DNA of 64,000 bases from Octopus vulgaris (taxonomy: Eukaryota): positions 49,600,001 to 49,664,000 of the forward strand of contig OX597827.1 of NCBI GenBank assembly GCA_951406725.2, given 5' to 3'. Position 1 is the first letter of the stretch. Every line of letters starts with the position of its first letter. Below the pieces are notes generated by a model. The model worked only from the letters and a program-made list of their open reading frames with translations. It ran no database searches and was not told where the DNA came from. Of the stretch, positions 12,891 through 25,365 are shown piece after piece. The position numbers were made by a program, and so were the translations under genes.

Positions 12891-13460
12891 GCTATGCATT
12901 CCTGTGAAAGTTCTATATATCTTTGTATTCAAAATGTGATTTGAAACATGTTTATATAAAGCGATCTGTGTGTGTTTAAAATTGTTACGTTTCTTTGGAC
13001 ATGTGTGTATCAATGATGATATGATCACTTTGCAACGAAACCTTTTCGATAGCAATAACCGGTTGATAAAATTAAGTAAAATAAAGAAGTTTTTAGAGCC
13101 ACTTATTATTGATATTGATAGTAATAATTGATAAATAACGTGTCCCTGATTCTAATAAGCGAATTTCAGTCAAGCGGGAGAAATTATTTCTTTTCTGCCA
13201 GACAGATGGGGTTCAGAAAGACCAGAGAGTACTGTGATGGCTTTGCTGTGAGAAACTCTTTGTTGGAGACGGTTAAGCCAAGTGAAAGAGAAACGGGGCG
13301 AAGCCTGGCAAATTTATCAGTGCCTTTGTCCTAACCTCTACACTACACAAGACACAAAGGATGAATTATATGACCAACTCTCAAGGACAATTCAAGGAAA
13401 CCCAAACCAGGAACAGTTACTGCTGCCTGAAGACTTCAACGCTAGAACAGGTACTAACTC

Positions 13461-13863
13461 TTATGAAGAAAGGCTGAAGACGCTCGACCTTTATTCTCTA
13501 GAAAAACGACGACGCCGTGGTGATCTCATCCTTGCTCACAACATCATAAGCGGAAAGTGTATCCTCTCGAAAGAGCTGTTCTTCACTCCTGCTCCAGAGC
13601 GTCGGCTGCGGAGTCACTCCGAAAAGCTCTATCTGCGACAATTTCATCTCAATCGGAGGAGAGGGGCTTTCTCCGTCCGGGTTGCGGATCCGTGGAATAA
13701 GCTACCGGACGAGATAGTGAAGATACCGACGACCGCTCGGTTCAAAGTCTCCCTTGACCACAAATGGCCTGAACTCTTTACACGAACACCACCCTGTACC
13801 TAACTCCATGTCCCCCTACATGGCCTTGCTTTTTGCTTTTTGAGCCAAAAAATTAACTCACTA
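13461..13863 (+). mobile_element. Young CR1 3' fragment nested in an old RTE
   Basis: SYEERLKTLDLYSLEKRRRRGDLI...FSVRVADPWNKLP; (TAAC)n tail; ACTAACTC at both junctions (13453-13460, 13864-13871). Confidence 0.85.
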
Positions 13864-14555
13864 ACTAACTCATGACAAAGCTGTTTAGGGCTGTATGGGA
13901 CTAATAGCATAAATGACAATGGGTTGCTTGGGCTTTGTCCACTCTATGGACTGTATGTCACCATTATTTACTTTCAGAATAAACCCAGCATATATATTTC
14001 TTTATTGCCCACAAGGGGCTAAACATAGAGGGGACAAACAAAGACAGACGAAGGGATTAAGTCAACTACATCGACCCAGTGCGTAACTGGTACTTTATTT
14101 ATCGACCTCGAAAGGATGAAAGGCAAAGTCGACCTCGGCGGAATTTGAACTCGGAAGGTAACGACAGACGAAATACGGCTACGCATTTCGCCCGGCGTGC
14201 TAACGTTTCTGCCAGCATATAGTATCTTGGAGACATCTTTGCTCCAAAGACTAGCACCAGCTAGAACTGGTTATTACATGATATCAACGCTTGGGAAATA
14301 GATATGCTATGACTCCATCCTTTAAGAGTGCAGACAATGGTGCAGATCACTCTGGCTTACCACAAGATTATATTTCTTCGAAAGAAGATGCCCCCCACCC
14401 CCACCCAATATGAAACCACCTGGCAAGCAGCAAATTGATGTCATCATGACACGATACACAGATAACGCGGTAAAGTTCATCAGGTCATCTCTGGAGGACG
14501 CACCACCTGCAAACTTACCTGAAGGAGACAAAGATGGTAAAAACAAGACCATTTA

Positions 14556-14944
14556 GGAGCGGCTGTGTGGTAAGTAGCTTGATTACGAACCACATGGTTC
14601 CGGGTTCAGTCCCACTGCGTGGCACCTTGGGCAAGCGTCTTCTACTATAGCCTCGGGCCAACCAAAGCCTTGTGAGTGGATTTGGTAGACGGAAACTGAA
14701 AGAAGCCTGTCGTATGTGTGTGTGTGTGTGTATGTTTGTGTGTCTGTGTTTGTCCTTCCCCCTCCCAACATCGCTTGACAACCAATGCTGGTCTGTTTAC
14801 GTCCCCGTAATCTAGCGGTTCGGCAAAAGAGACCAATAGAATAAGTACTAGGCTTACAAAGAATAATTCCTGGGGTTGATTTGCTCGACTAGAGGTGGTG
14901 CTCCAGCATGGTCACAGTCAAATGACTGAAACAAGTAAAAGAGT
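14556..14944 (+). mobile_element. SINE-B (tRNA-derived, CORE-like, internal microsatellite, AAAAGAGT tail)
   Basis: A box TGTGTGGTAAG, B box GGTTCAGTCCC, CCTTGGGCAAG core. Near-identical copies at about 20157-20546(+), 28450-28860(-), 39282-39670(-), 46260-46640(-), 50449-50830(+), 53480-53888(-), 264-410(+, 3' part). Confidence 0.9.
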
Positions 14945-15376
14945 AGACGTCACTTTCGTTGACCTCACGGTCATGCCATCTTTATTCAACTAGGTGAATA
15001 GAGATGACACGTCCAAAATCCTTGCCAATATTGGTGCCTTCTGATCCTTTTCAGGATTGTTCAATCATCTACACAGACATAAAAGATGTTGTTCACTTTA
15101 ATGGTTCGCCTTCGAAACCCTCCAAGAGAGTCTCACATGAAACTGCTAAAACTTCAGTTCGACCATCTGTGTGAAAAAGACAAAGAGATAGGCCAATACG
15201 TTTAGCATTCTCCTGCCATAAAAAAAAACTGCAAGTTAGAAGTAGACCACAAGTTCACATACCTTGACTCCATCATCACGAACAACCGCGCTTTAAAAAT
15301 TGAGATCAACATGAGTACTGGATGAGCAGCCTCAACGCTAGCCAAGTTAACAAAGATTGTCAAGGAGAACAGCAAG

Positions 15377-16785
15377 TTAATGGTGTACACTAAGATGTAT
15401 TTCTGCATCTATGGATCCATCTCTCGACAACATGCTGCCTAAGTAAACAATAAGTATCCACTGCACCCAATCTTGTACCTCATAATACGATGGGCATTTC
15501 CTACTCGAAGTTTCAAGTGTTTCCGATTTGAAGTTGAATCTTCTTAAATTGAAGATTCTTCCAGTAGTTCTAAACTTCAAAAGGACGTCTTTATCCTCAG
15601 CCTTGAAGTACATGCATAGGCAGAAAAGCAAAGAATATCGAAAAGAGTGTGGGAGCAGGAATATTGCCTTGCTTTACTCCATTGACAATCGGAACTTCAT
15701 CAGGCAATTTTCTATTGAAGATTGCCCAAGCCTTCACGTCTCGGTGCAACCACTTAAATATACTGACGGACTGTATGGGGAACTGGTCTTTCCCAAATAG
15801 TAGTGGGCACCCGACTTTTGCAAGAATTACCATCTTTGTTAACCGTATCAAAAGCCTTTGTTAAATCAACAAAGGCATAATACAAAGGTACCTGCTATTC
15901 AGTACATTTCTTTGGTATCTGTCTAGTTAAGAACATAAAGTCGATTGTTCTTTTACCTAATCTAAAGCCACTTTGAGATTTCGAGATGATAGTAGGACAG
16001 ACATCTTCCATTAGCCGGTTCAACAAAAGCTAAAGATTAAATACTGCTTATTTTCGTTTTCGTTTCCAGCCTTCTGCAGTTCGACAGGAAGACCATCTCG
16101 GTCAGGTGCTCTACTTGTATTTATCAGAAAGCCATCCCCCCACTGCCACCCCCATCATACGATGGAAATCGGTTCATTGTGAATTTCATATCGCACTGGG
16201 AAAGACTCTCTATAACAGTATCATCGACTACCAATAGGTTGTCAAATAAATCAAAGAAATGTCTTTGTCAGTGCTATAGGATTTTCGCTGACTCTTTGAC
16301 GATAGTAGTGTTGTCCCTGGATATCTGAGGAACTACAATAAAAGTTGGTGGGCCGAACACTTCACGTAGAAGGCCGTAAAACAGTTTGGAATCCTTTGCA
16401 TCGTAGGCTTTTTTTTTTTTATACCAAAGACAACAACTCATCCTTAGTTCTTCTTAGTTCCTGTTGTAATGTTCTTTAGTATTTCCTACATCCCTTTTAA
16501 GTCCTCTCCGTAATAGGCAGCACAGAAGGGTACGGGCTCAAAATCTTTTCATGAAGAGCTTGTTTCGTTTTCAGTAGCTGGTTGATAATAGGATCGTTAT
16601 CATTAAACTCGTCCTTATGCTTCTTCATTCTAAAACCATGTCCATTGACTATCAAATGAGTACACTTGATTTTTAAAGCTTTCCCATATTCCATCAAAGT
16701 CAAGACAATCAAGTTGTTTAAGATTTCACGTGCATCTAGCAGTTTCAATTTTGTAACATCGACACGTTTAGTATCTTCACCCCCA
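15377..16785 (-). mobile_element. Old RTE LINE remnant in opposite orientation
   Basis: YAFVDLTKAFDTVN, LAKVGCP, NGVKQG..PAPTLFSIFFA, FRTTGRIFNLRR motifs. Confidence 0.8.
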
Positions 16786-16787
16786 TT

Positions 16788-17042
16788 CATACATACACAC
16801 ATAGACACATACATACATACATACATACATACATACATACATACATACACACATGCATACATACATACGTACACACACACACTCATACATACATACATAC
16901 ATACATACATACATACATGCATACATACATACGTACACACACACACACACACACATACATACATACATACATACATACATACATACATACATACATACAT
17001 ACATACATACATACATACATACGTACGTACGTACGTACATAC
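16788..17042. repeat. (TACA)n microsatellite
   Basis: Directly visible. Confidence 0.95.
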
Positions 17043-17927
17043 AATACTAGGGTGTCACCTGTCATATGACGGGTAACTTTGGAAATATACTTTAGTAATA
17101 TCAAAAAATATGGCATACAATAATTATAATTTATCCTTTATCAGATTTCTTGGTGCTCATACAAAATGATGAAATAAAGACTAATTTTCAGAAGAAAAAT
17201 ATTTATTAGTCGCCTCTTCTTCTTCTTCCTCCTCCTCCTCTTCTCCATCCTCCACTTCTTCTTCCTCCTCCTCCCCCTCTGTCTCTATGATTCTCTCTTA
17301 TTGTGCGTTTGTGTGTGTATATATATATATACTTCCTTTACTCATTGCCTGCCACCAAGCCTAGTATGTTCACTCATCCTTCAATTCTCATGTTACTCTC
17401 TCTGAATCTCTATTTCACTCTCCATCTCTCTCTTTATACGATGTAAGATGTCACTAGAGAAACCAACCAACCAATCAACCAGCCAACCAGCAATTTTATC
17501 GACTATTGTTTGATAGAATATAAGTAAAGTAGTCCTTTACTTTTTGTCCCTAAATCTAAACAAGGCTAGAATTTGGAAGAAAAAAAACATAAATAATTTT
17601 ATGCTATGATTTTTTTTCTCAATAACAAATTGTAAATAAATTTATATACTTTATTTATCGCAAAAAGGATACTGCTTACAAAAGCAGACAGTTAAGAAAA
17701 TTGTAAAATAAGAAAAGGAGTAAAAAAGAAAAAAAATCACTGAATATATAAAATTATTATGCTCCACATTAAGAGATATTTGTATTCTCTTCAAAAAACA
17801 ATTGTGGCAACCCAAAACATTCATGGCATTAGCACGAAAGCTGCTTGGGTTCTGGTATAGTCACTCTTCTCCTTTGCGAGTATTACTTAATACTTTAATG
17901 AGACAAGACACCAAATGTAACCAAAAC

Positions 17928-18907
17928 GGCATACATACACAGGTGTGCCTCGTCATGACTTCCAGAAAAACGGATTTTTTAATGAATATTTTTTAATGAA
18001 ATTTGCGACAGGTAGGCTTCAGACGATATAGATTCCGATAAGGTGGCGAGCTGGTAGAGTTGTTAGCACACCGGGCGAAATGCATCTGCCGTTACGTTCT
18101 GAATTCAGATTCTGCCGAGGTCGACTTTGCCTTTCATCCTTTCGGGGTCGATAAATTAAGTACCAGTTACGCACTGGTGTCGATATAATCGACTTAACCG
18201 TTTGTCTGTCCTTGTTTGTCCTCTCTGTGTTTAGCCCCTTGTGAGTAGTAAAGAAATAGATATAGATTCCGATAATATAGGAATTTGTGTAAAAGTTTTT
18301 CCGATGGTAGGGAGAGAAGTTTCAAAAAATTCTGTCGAGTTCGTTTTGTTTCCTCATAACTTCCTGACAATTTGATTGTTTTTTTGCTTTTTTTTTTTGG
18401 TGGGGGGGTTCTGAAATTTTCTATAGATACCTTCCAGAATGCGTAAATTACGATTATATTGGAATTTGATGAGAAAAGGAAAATGTTGAGCACGGACACA
18501 TATATGCACACATCAAAAACGAAACTTGAAATATCAGAAAAAATTGTGATGTGTGTCAGTATGTATGTGTGCAAGCTCACCATTTTTTTTGTTTTGTTTT
18601 GTTTTTTTGTCTTATCAAATTCCGATATAATTATAATCTATACCATCTGAAAGGTATATGTAGAAAATTTCATGAAGAAAAATACCCATTTTTCTGACAG
18701 TTATGAGGAAACAAAGCCACCTTCTGTGAATTTCAAGAAACTCCCCTCCCCACCCTCTGAAATTTTTCTTTTCACAACAAATTCCAACATAATTAAAACA
18801 TGCACTATCTGAAGCATATTTGTAACAAAATTCCAATTAAAAAATATCCATTTTCCTGGAAGTTATGAGGAAACAAAATCGGGAGGACACACTTGTGTAG
18901 GTATGTC
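17928..18907. mobile_element. Foldback-like DNA element with long inverted arms, interrupted by a SINE
   Basis: GGCATACATACACAGGTGTG mirrors CACACTTGTGTAGGTATGTC; inner segments at about 18410-18478 and 18608-18672 also mirror; degenerate TSD ACCAAAAC/ACAAAAAT. Confidence 0.7.
18042..18258 (+). mobile_element. SINE-A monomer (tRNA-like head, MetaSINE/MESC-like central domain)
   Basis: GAGCTGG..GTTCAGATTC boxes; GACTTTGCCTTTCATCCTTTCGGGGTCGATAAATTAAGTACCAG core; 17-bp TSD GATATAGATTCCGATAA. Other monomers at about 1-143(-), 7813-8044(+), 13995-14216(-), 32808-33040(+), 63030-63425(+), plus many older copies. Confidence 0.9.
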
Positions 18908-19137
18908 ACAAAAATTTTGTTGTCAAAGGGCCTAGCTTCACAAAATGTCTCGAACAAAAAATTACGATATTGCTGTATTTTATTCCGTTCAGCTACAGAT
19001 TTTATTCCGTTCAGTCTTCACAACAGCTTTAAGGATATGTGGAAAAAGCGAGAGTCACTAACAGTGACGTCCTATATGAGACATCTGCTTACAGTCCAAG
19101 GCAAAAAGATGAGTCCATCGGGTCTCTTCAGAATTTA

Positions 19138-19637
19138 GGAGTGAATTCTACTCTAAGCACCCCATATAACCTCTTCACAACTTTTTTTAATTTTTGGAAT
19201 TTTCAGTAAAATTTTGCAAACTAGTATTCTACACGCGGGAATTTATACGATTGTGCAAAAAGCAGAAAAAAAATTGTGTGAATTTAAGGGCTATTTAGCT
19301 GTTATTTTTAGCACATCTCACGACCATCTGATACCCTCTTCGTTCGTTTGTCAATAACGTATTGATGTTTTTCGATATTTCTCTGCATAAACACATTTAA
19401 TGGTCTATTGATGGAATGTAAGCAAAAACTTCGGACTGTCTATTATAAACTGTGATTTTAAGAAAAAGTCGAAAAAATATTTGAAAAATAAAAAAGGGGA
19501 AAAATTTTTAAAAACATTTTTTTCACAGTCATATGAATTCCCGAGTTTAGAAAACAAATTCGCAAAAATTTTCTGAAAATACCAAAAAACAAAAAAGTTA
19601 TGAGGGTTTTATGGGGTGTTTAAAGCAGAATCTCTCC
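19138..19637. mobile_element. MITE with imperfect TIRs of about 120 bp
   Basis: GGAGTGAATTCTACTCTAAGCACCCCATA mirrors TATGGGGTGTTTAAAGCAGAATCTCTCC; direct repeat AATTTAGGAG at 19132-19141 and 19638-19647. Confidence 0.72.
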
Positions 19638-21526
19638 AATTTAGGAGATATACTGACTTCAGGCATTAGGAAATAGTAACTCTGACCAAGGTTCATTTAA
19701 TAATCAGCCTTATCTTGTGGCAAGAGAAATACTACAACTTCAGTACCAATTGTCGCACCAACAACTTGTCCTACACGCATATATGCATTGGCTCCATCTC
19801 AGAGGGCGATGGAGATGTGGGACACACCCTAGTTAAGTAAGACACTGACAAGCAAAGTGTCAATCCAATTTTCTGAAAATTTGGCACTCACATAAAATCA
19901 AGGATTCAGTGAAAATTGATTGTTCAAAGAATCAAAAATGTCTTTTGACTGTAAATTGTCCTAAATTCTGCTCGTCGATTTATCCAACACAGGAACGAAC
20001 AATCTGAGTCCCCTTCACAACTCTAGAGTTTCGTCTACCACTCCGTTAGAGATTGTCCATTATGGAAAGGAGAGAGTATTGCCTATCGAAGAAAAGTAAA
20101 GAAAATGGGGTAAAAAGCATTCAGGAAAGAGATGGAGAGAAGACAACGCATCTTGAACGGCTGTGTAGTAAGTAGCTTGCTTACCAACCACATGGTTCCG
20201 GGTTCCTTCCCACTGCGTGGCACCTTGGGCATGTGTGTTCTACTATAACCTCGGGCCGACCAAAGCCTTGTGAGTGGATTTGGTAGACGGAAACTGAAAA
20301 GAAGCCCGTCGTATATATGTATATGTGTATATATATGTGTTTGTGTGTCTGTGTTTGTCCTCCCAACATCGCTTGACAACCGATGCTGGTGTGTTTATGT
20401 CCCCCGTAACTTTGCGGTTCGGCAAAAGTTACCGATTGAATAAGTACTAGGCTCACAAAGGATAAGTCCTAGGGTCGATTTGCTCGACTAAAAGGCGGTG
20501 CTCCAGCATGGCCGCAGTCAGATGACTGAAACAAGTAAAAGAGTAAGGATTTCAAAGTGATCTTAACATTACCAAACTTCTGTTAAAGACCGTCGGAATC
20601 TAAACGAGGGATTACCCTCAAAGAATAAATTTAGGATCGATAATTACTGAGCATGAAAAAAAAAAAACGATGAGACTCAGATATATCGATTGTTAATCAA
20701 AACAATGAAAACATTTGTGGTTATTTAAAAAAATTTATGGAATCAACGATAATTTTTTTTTATTATTATAATTATATTATAGCTGTATTTATATGATGAA
20801 GCACTTAGTCATACGATTAGTCATAAAACAGTGACCTCCCTTATAGTGCGAAAGCTTATGAGCGCAAAACAAAAACATCAAATCAGTCATCGAAATTTTT
20901 GTGACTTTCCAGAATACAAACATTTGTGTTTGTAAAGGTATGCAGCTGTAGATTTTCTTTCCTTTCCCTTTTTTAAGTGGGGAACTGTATATTTGATGCT
21001 CATTCCCTTCCTGTCGGAAATTAATAGGAATCGTGCATAATTGTTCCAGAGTGGCTGCTACCACGTCAATAAAGTAACATACATATGTTATAATTTGCTG
21101 ATAATAAGTTGATATAAAATTTTAAATGGTACGATAATACGAAAAGAAGAGCAACATTTTTTTTTTAAATGATATATGTATGAATTTTTTCTCAGAGTTA
21201 AATCATATTATTATATGTAACGATTAAAATGAAAATAATCAATTTAAGAAGAAGCAATAATTTATTAACTGTGTTGACTTTATAGCTTAAAAACAGAAAT
21301 AACGAAAGACACGGCTTTCTTTTTATGCATTATTCGTTACTAAAATTTATAAATGTTGGTTGAGAAAGAAAACAATAAACTGTATTAATATTATAGCTTG
21401 AAAAATAGAAATAATAAAAGATACGAGGTGCGGGCATGCTTTTATCGTTTCGTTTTGTTAATCAGTTCCATATTTTTTATTAACTCTTTATGTTATTACA
21501 GCTGAAGGTAGAATCGTAAGGAAATT

Positions 21527-21688
21527 ATGACAGATATAACCAACGTGTTCAAGGCAACGATAAAAGCTCTCAAATCACGTCATAAAGCTGAAGGTTTAAC
21601 ACATAACAACAATGTGGACAATGGTAAACATCCGTTGCTCGCCCCTCGGAAGGAAAAAAGTGATTTTGCGAACAGATGCCAAACTGTT
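21527..21688 (+). CDS. STX18: Syntaxin-18 coding exon 1
   Basis: MTDITNVFKATIKALKSR...KSDFANRCQTV resembles the Syntaxin-18 N-terminus; donor GTT|GTAAGT; 162 nt, phase 0. Confidence 0.95.
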
Positions 21689-22759
21689 GTAAGTTATGCT
21701 CAAATGTTTTGAAGTGTCCCACTCCTGCTCTGCTGGAAATATATTTTATATCGTTTTGCTTTGTTTTGAACTTAAAAAAACAGAATTGCTATTTTCTTAT
21801 TCTTTATTTTATTCCATCGATGAAAAGTATTGTTATGATCGTCTGCCACAAATATACAAATTGCGATCGTTTTACTCGAACTGCGTACGTTTACCTGCAT
21901 TGTGCCCATATGTATATAAGTATACGTGTACCATCATCCAATTTTTAAAATGATAAACAAGGTAGAGCATGGTCAGAATCGTTAGTATCAGACAAAATAA
22001 CTTTCGGTATTTGTTCCAGCTCTTTATGTCCTGTGTTCAAATGTCGTTGAGGTCAACTTTGACATCCGTCCCTCTCAGGTCGATAAAATAAAGTACCAGT
22101 CTGTAGGTGGAATTGTTAGAATGTTGGACAAAATGTCTGGCAGTATTTGTTACAGGGCCAAACTGTATCAGCCCTTCTTTTTCCTTTGAAGATCTGTAGT
22201 AGTGTGAACTCTCGCTTGCTTTGTGGTTACAGTCAACACCTCACGCACGCACTGTCTTCTTCATATGTTGAAATTAACAAAAATATCCCCCTCCACAATC
22301 TATTTTCACCCTACGAGATTTAGCTATAATTAAAGGAAGGCCTGAAGGGAAATAAGCCGATGTTATTGCCATCAATATGGCACAATCCAAAGATTCAGTC
22401 TTCAGTGACAGTGCTTAGAATAATATTTGTTTCTGGAAGAGCAAAATTTTCTTAGCTGTGACCATTCTTTGGCTTTTTCTTATGTGTATGGGAACCCAGG
22501 ACCAAATAAGGTTCCATGTCCTTTTTTTAAAAAAATAGGTTGGGTGTGACTTGAGATAGATTTGCTTTCTAATATAGGTACAATGTTACATATCTGGAGA
22601 GAGAGCAGGGCTCCACGAAGACCATCTCATACCATAAGCACAACCTAAAGATGATTCTTCTCAATCCTTCCATTGGCTAACTTACTATGCGTTGACATAA
22701 GTGCCAAATGTGAAATTGTGGTACAGTAGTAACCAAGAAATGTATGTATCCATTGTGCA

Positions 22760-23532
22760 AGAGAGATGACTGCTGGTATGGTCATGTGGCAAGAATGGAT
22801 GAGGATAGCTATGTGAAAAAGTGCCACACCCTAGCGGTTGAGGAAGACCTAGGATGAAGTGGTGAAGCACAACCTTTGAACATTAGGCCTCACCGAGGTA
22901 ATGACTAGTGACTGAGACCTTTGGAAATATTCTGTGCTTGAGAAAACCCGGCAAGCCAAGTAAGACCATAACCTCATGGCCTATGCCAGGGGTGTAACCA
23001 GCTCACTTATGCATACCTTTCCTTCATTGGACACTAAACTCTGCTTGCAAAGACCTGTTGAGGCAAGTGAAATCGAAATCAAATTCGATGACTGGCATCC
23101 GTGCTAGTGTAGTGGTAAGAACACCATCCGAGCATAGTCGTTGCCAGAGCAGCTGACTGGCTTCCGTGCCAGTGACACGTAAACAGCACCATTCGAGCGT
23201 GATCGTTACCAGCGTCGCCTTACTGGCACATGAAAAAGCATTTGAGCGAGGTCGTTGCCAGTGCCGCTGGACTGGCTCCTGTGCAGGTGACATGTAAAAA
23301 ACACCATTTGAGCGTGGCCATTGCCAGTACTGCCTGACTGGCCCTCGTGCTGGTGGCACGTAAAAAGCACCCACTACACTCTTGGAGTGGTTGGCATTAG
23401 GATGGGCATCCAGCTGTAGAAACTCTGCTAGATCAGATTGGAGCCTGGTGCAGCCATCTGGTTCGCCAGCCCTCAGTCAAATCGTTCAACCCATGCTAGC
23501 ATAGAAAGCAGACGTTAAATGATGATGATGAT
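22760..23532 (+). mobile_element. RTE LINE R1, 5'-truncated copy (STX18 intron 1)
   Basis: Colinear with 6360-7104, including array and tail. Confidence 0.9.
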
Positions 23533-23714
23533 CGGTTTTCCAAGTTGCTAATATCATCTATCAGTTGTAATTCCTGACAAAAAAACATTGAATAAAAGAT
23601 GTCAAAGTGTTCTAAGTTCCAAAATAATTGATTAAAAATTTGGTCTTCTCTCTGACTAGACTCCACAAATATATTCTATTTAACTTAATTCTTTTAAACT
23701 TCATTTATTTAATA

Positions 23715-24220
23715 CTAGCAGTATCGCCCGGCGTTGCTCGGGTTTGTAAGGGAAATAACTATATAAGCATTTTTAGAGAGTTACTTCCCTTATAAATTCG
23801 GGCTTTCTTAGCCATTTTTGTTTTGGTGTCTTCAAGCCATGAAGTCGTTGTTCTAAAAGAACGCTGGTTTCCTTCACAACGCATTACGACGTTGATTTCT
23901 TTACACTCCCTTCCCCACAGCTTCACGAGGGAGGGAAGGGGGAGAAGCAAACAGGTGCAGCTGTGAGCGTGGACGCCAACTCCGCCGCCATCGACACACG
24001 ATGCATTTTATGCATTAAAATGGAATAAAAAATGATGTTAAATTATTTTTAAAATCGTAGACTCGTCGTTGACGCGCGCTAATAGTCAGACGGGCTCGAT
24101 ATGAATCACGACTATAAGATACCCGAATTTGGTTAAACTGCACCGCAAAATGTGGGAGGAGTTAGGAATCTAAATCGAAGGGGACAGACACTCACACAAC
24201 TAGAGTTTTATATATATAGA
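23715..24220 (-). mobile_element. Non-autonomous Helitron
   Basis: On the minus strand it starts A|TCTATATATATAAAA and ends with hairpin CCCGAGCAACGCCGGG, 9 nt, then CTAG|T; no TSD; CpG-rich interior. Confidence 0.85.
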
Positions 24221-24554
24221 TTAAATAGCAGTAAGTGATATAAGCAAATTATTTACTTATGATTAGGACAGCCGGGAAAAATATGAACTTTCCACATGTT
24301 TTATTCATTTCATTAGATAATTGTTATAATATATCATTTACTCCATTGTAAATCCATCATAGGGGAAACTCTATGATACCCTCTTTCCTCAGTATCCTAA
24401 GTGCTTATTTTGAATAATGGCTAATCCAGCCCTAGGAGAGAGGAAATTCTATTACTTTAATATATTATCGATCCCAAAAGGATGAAAGGCAAAGTTGACC
24501 TCAGTGGGATTTGAACCCACATCTTAAAAGGTGCAACTCTGTTAAAGATAGATA

Positions 24555-25365
24555 GTGAGTCATCCCATAAATAATGTGATTTTTTAAATTGCATGAACTA
24601 AAAGTCAGAGGGGGACTGGATAAACTACCTGCATCAACTTGCTATAAAAGCAGGTAGTAATTTTACCTTGTCCTTATTCTTAGTGCAAGTTTTGAAGATT
24701 GCAGTTCGATTTTAACAGTTATTTTTTCAAAGCTATAATGGAAGTGACAAAGGAGCATATTCAGCATATTTTGCTTTATGAGTTCAATAAAGGCAGTAAC
24801 ACAATGGAAAATGTGAGGAATATTAATGCAGTATATGGGAATTGAATAATAAGCGTAAACCAGTGTCAATGGTGGTACCAGAAATTCCAAGCTGGCAACT
24901 GCAGCCTAGAAAACGAGCGTCATCCTGGATGATCTATAGAGCTTGACGAGGATGTCTTGCAAACCCTGGTGGAATAAAATCCCATCATAACTGTTGAGGA
25001 ACTAACAGAGAAGCTTAGATTTGGTCATTCAGCCATTCATCAACATGTGCATGCCATTGGAAAAGTCAGTAAATTGGGTCAGTAGGTTCCTCACAAACTT
25101 TGAGTCTAATCGCGTGCAGAGAGTGAATGTGTGCTCTTCTTTGCTGTCACGTCTCACGAATGAACCTTTTTCGGATCAAATAGTGACTGGTGATGAGAAA
25201 TGGGTTCTCTATAAACAGGGTAGGGAAAGGAGAAATACCAGCACCCCAGGCTAAAGAAAGTCTTCACCCACATAAGGTGTTTTTATCTATTTGGTGGGAT
25301 ATGAAAGGTTTAGTCTACTTTGAACTTTTAAACCCAAAACAAATGATAACAAAGGAGATTTGTAC
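24555..25365 (+). pseudogene. Decayed mariner (Tc1/mariner) transposase
   Basis: ATG at 24738 MEVTKEHIQHILLYEFNKG; VPHKL-like motif; IVTGDEKWVLY; LHPHKVFLSIWWDMKGLVYFELL; stops, frameshifts and 3' truncation. Confidence 0.88.

Larger units (their letters stand above)
13290..15375 (+). mobile_element. Old fragmented RTE LINE (endonuclease and RT remnants) hosting CR1 and SINE insertions
   Basis: KDELYDQL...DFNAR.G, N.NG.., VSWRH...HQLELVI, FVDLT and VDHKFTYLDS-like remnants in colinear order. Confidence 0.65.

Noticed and set aside
13282-13803. 173-aa ORF as a real gene
   Set aside because: It is a chance in-frame fusion of an old RTE endonuclease remnant with an inserted CR1 3' fragment.
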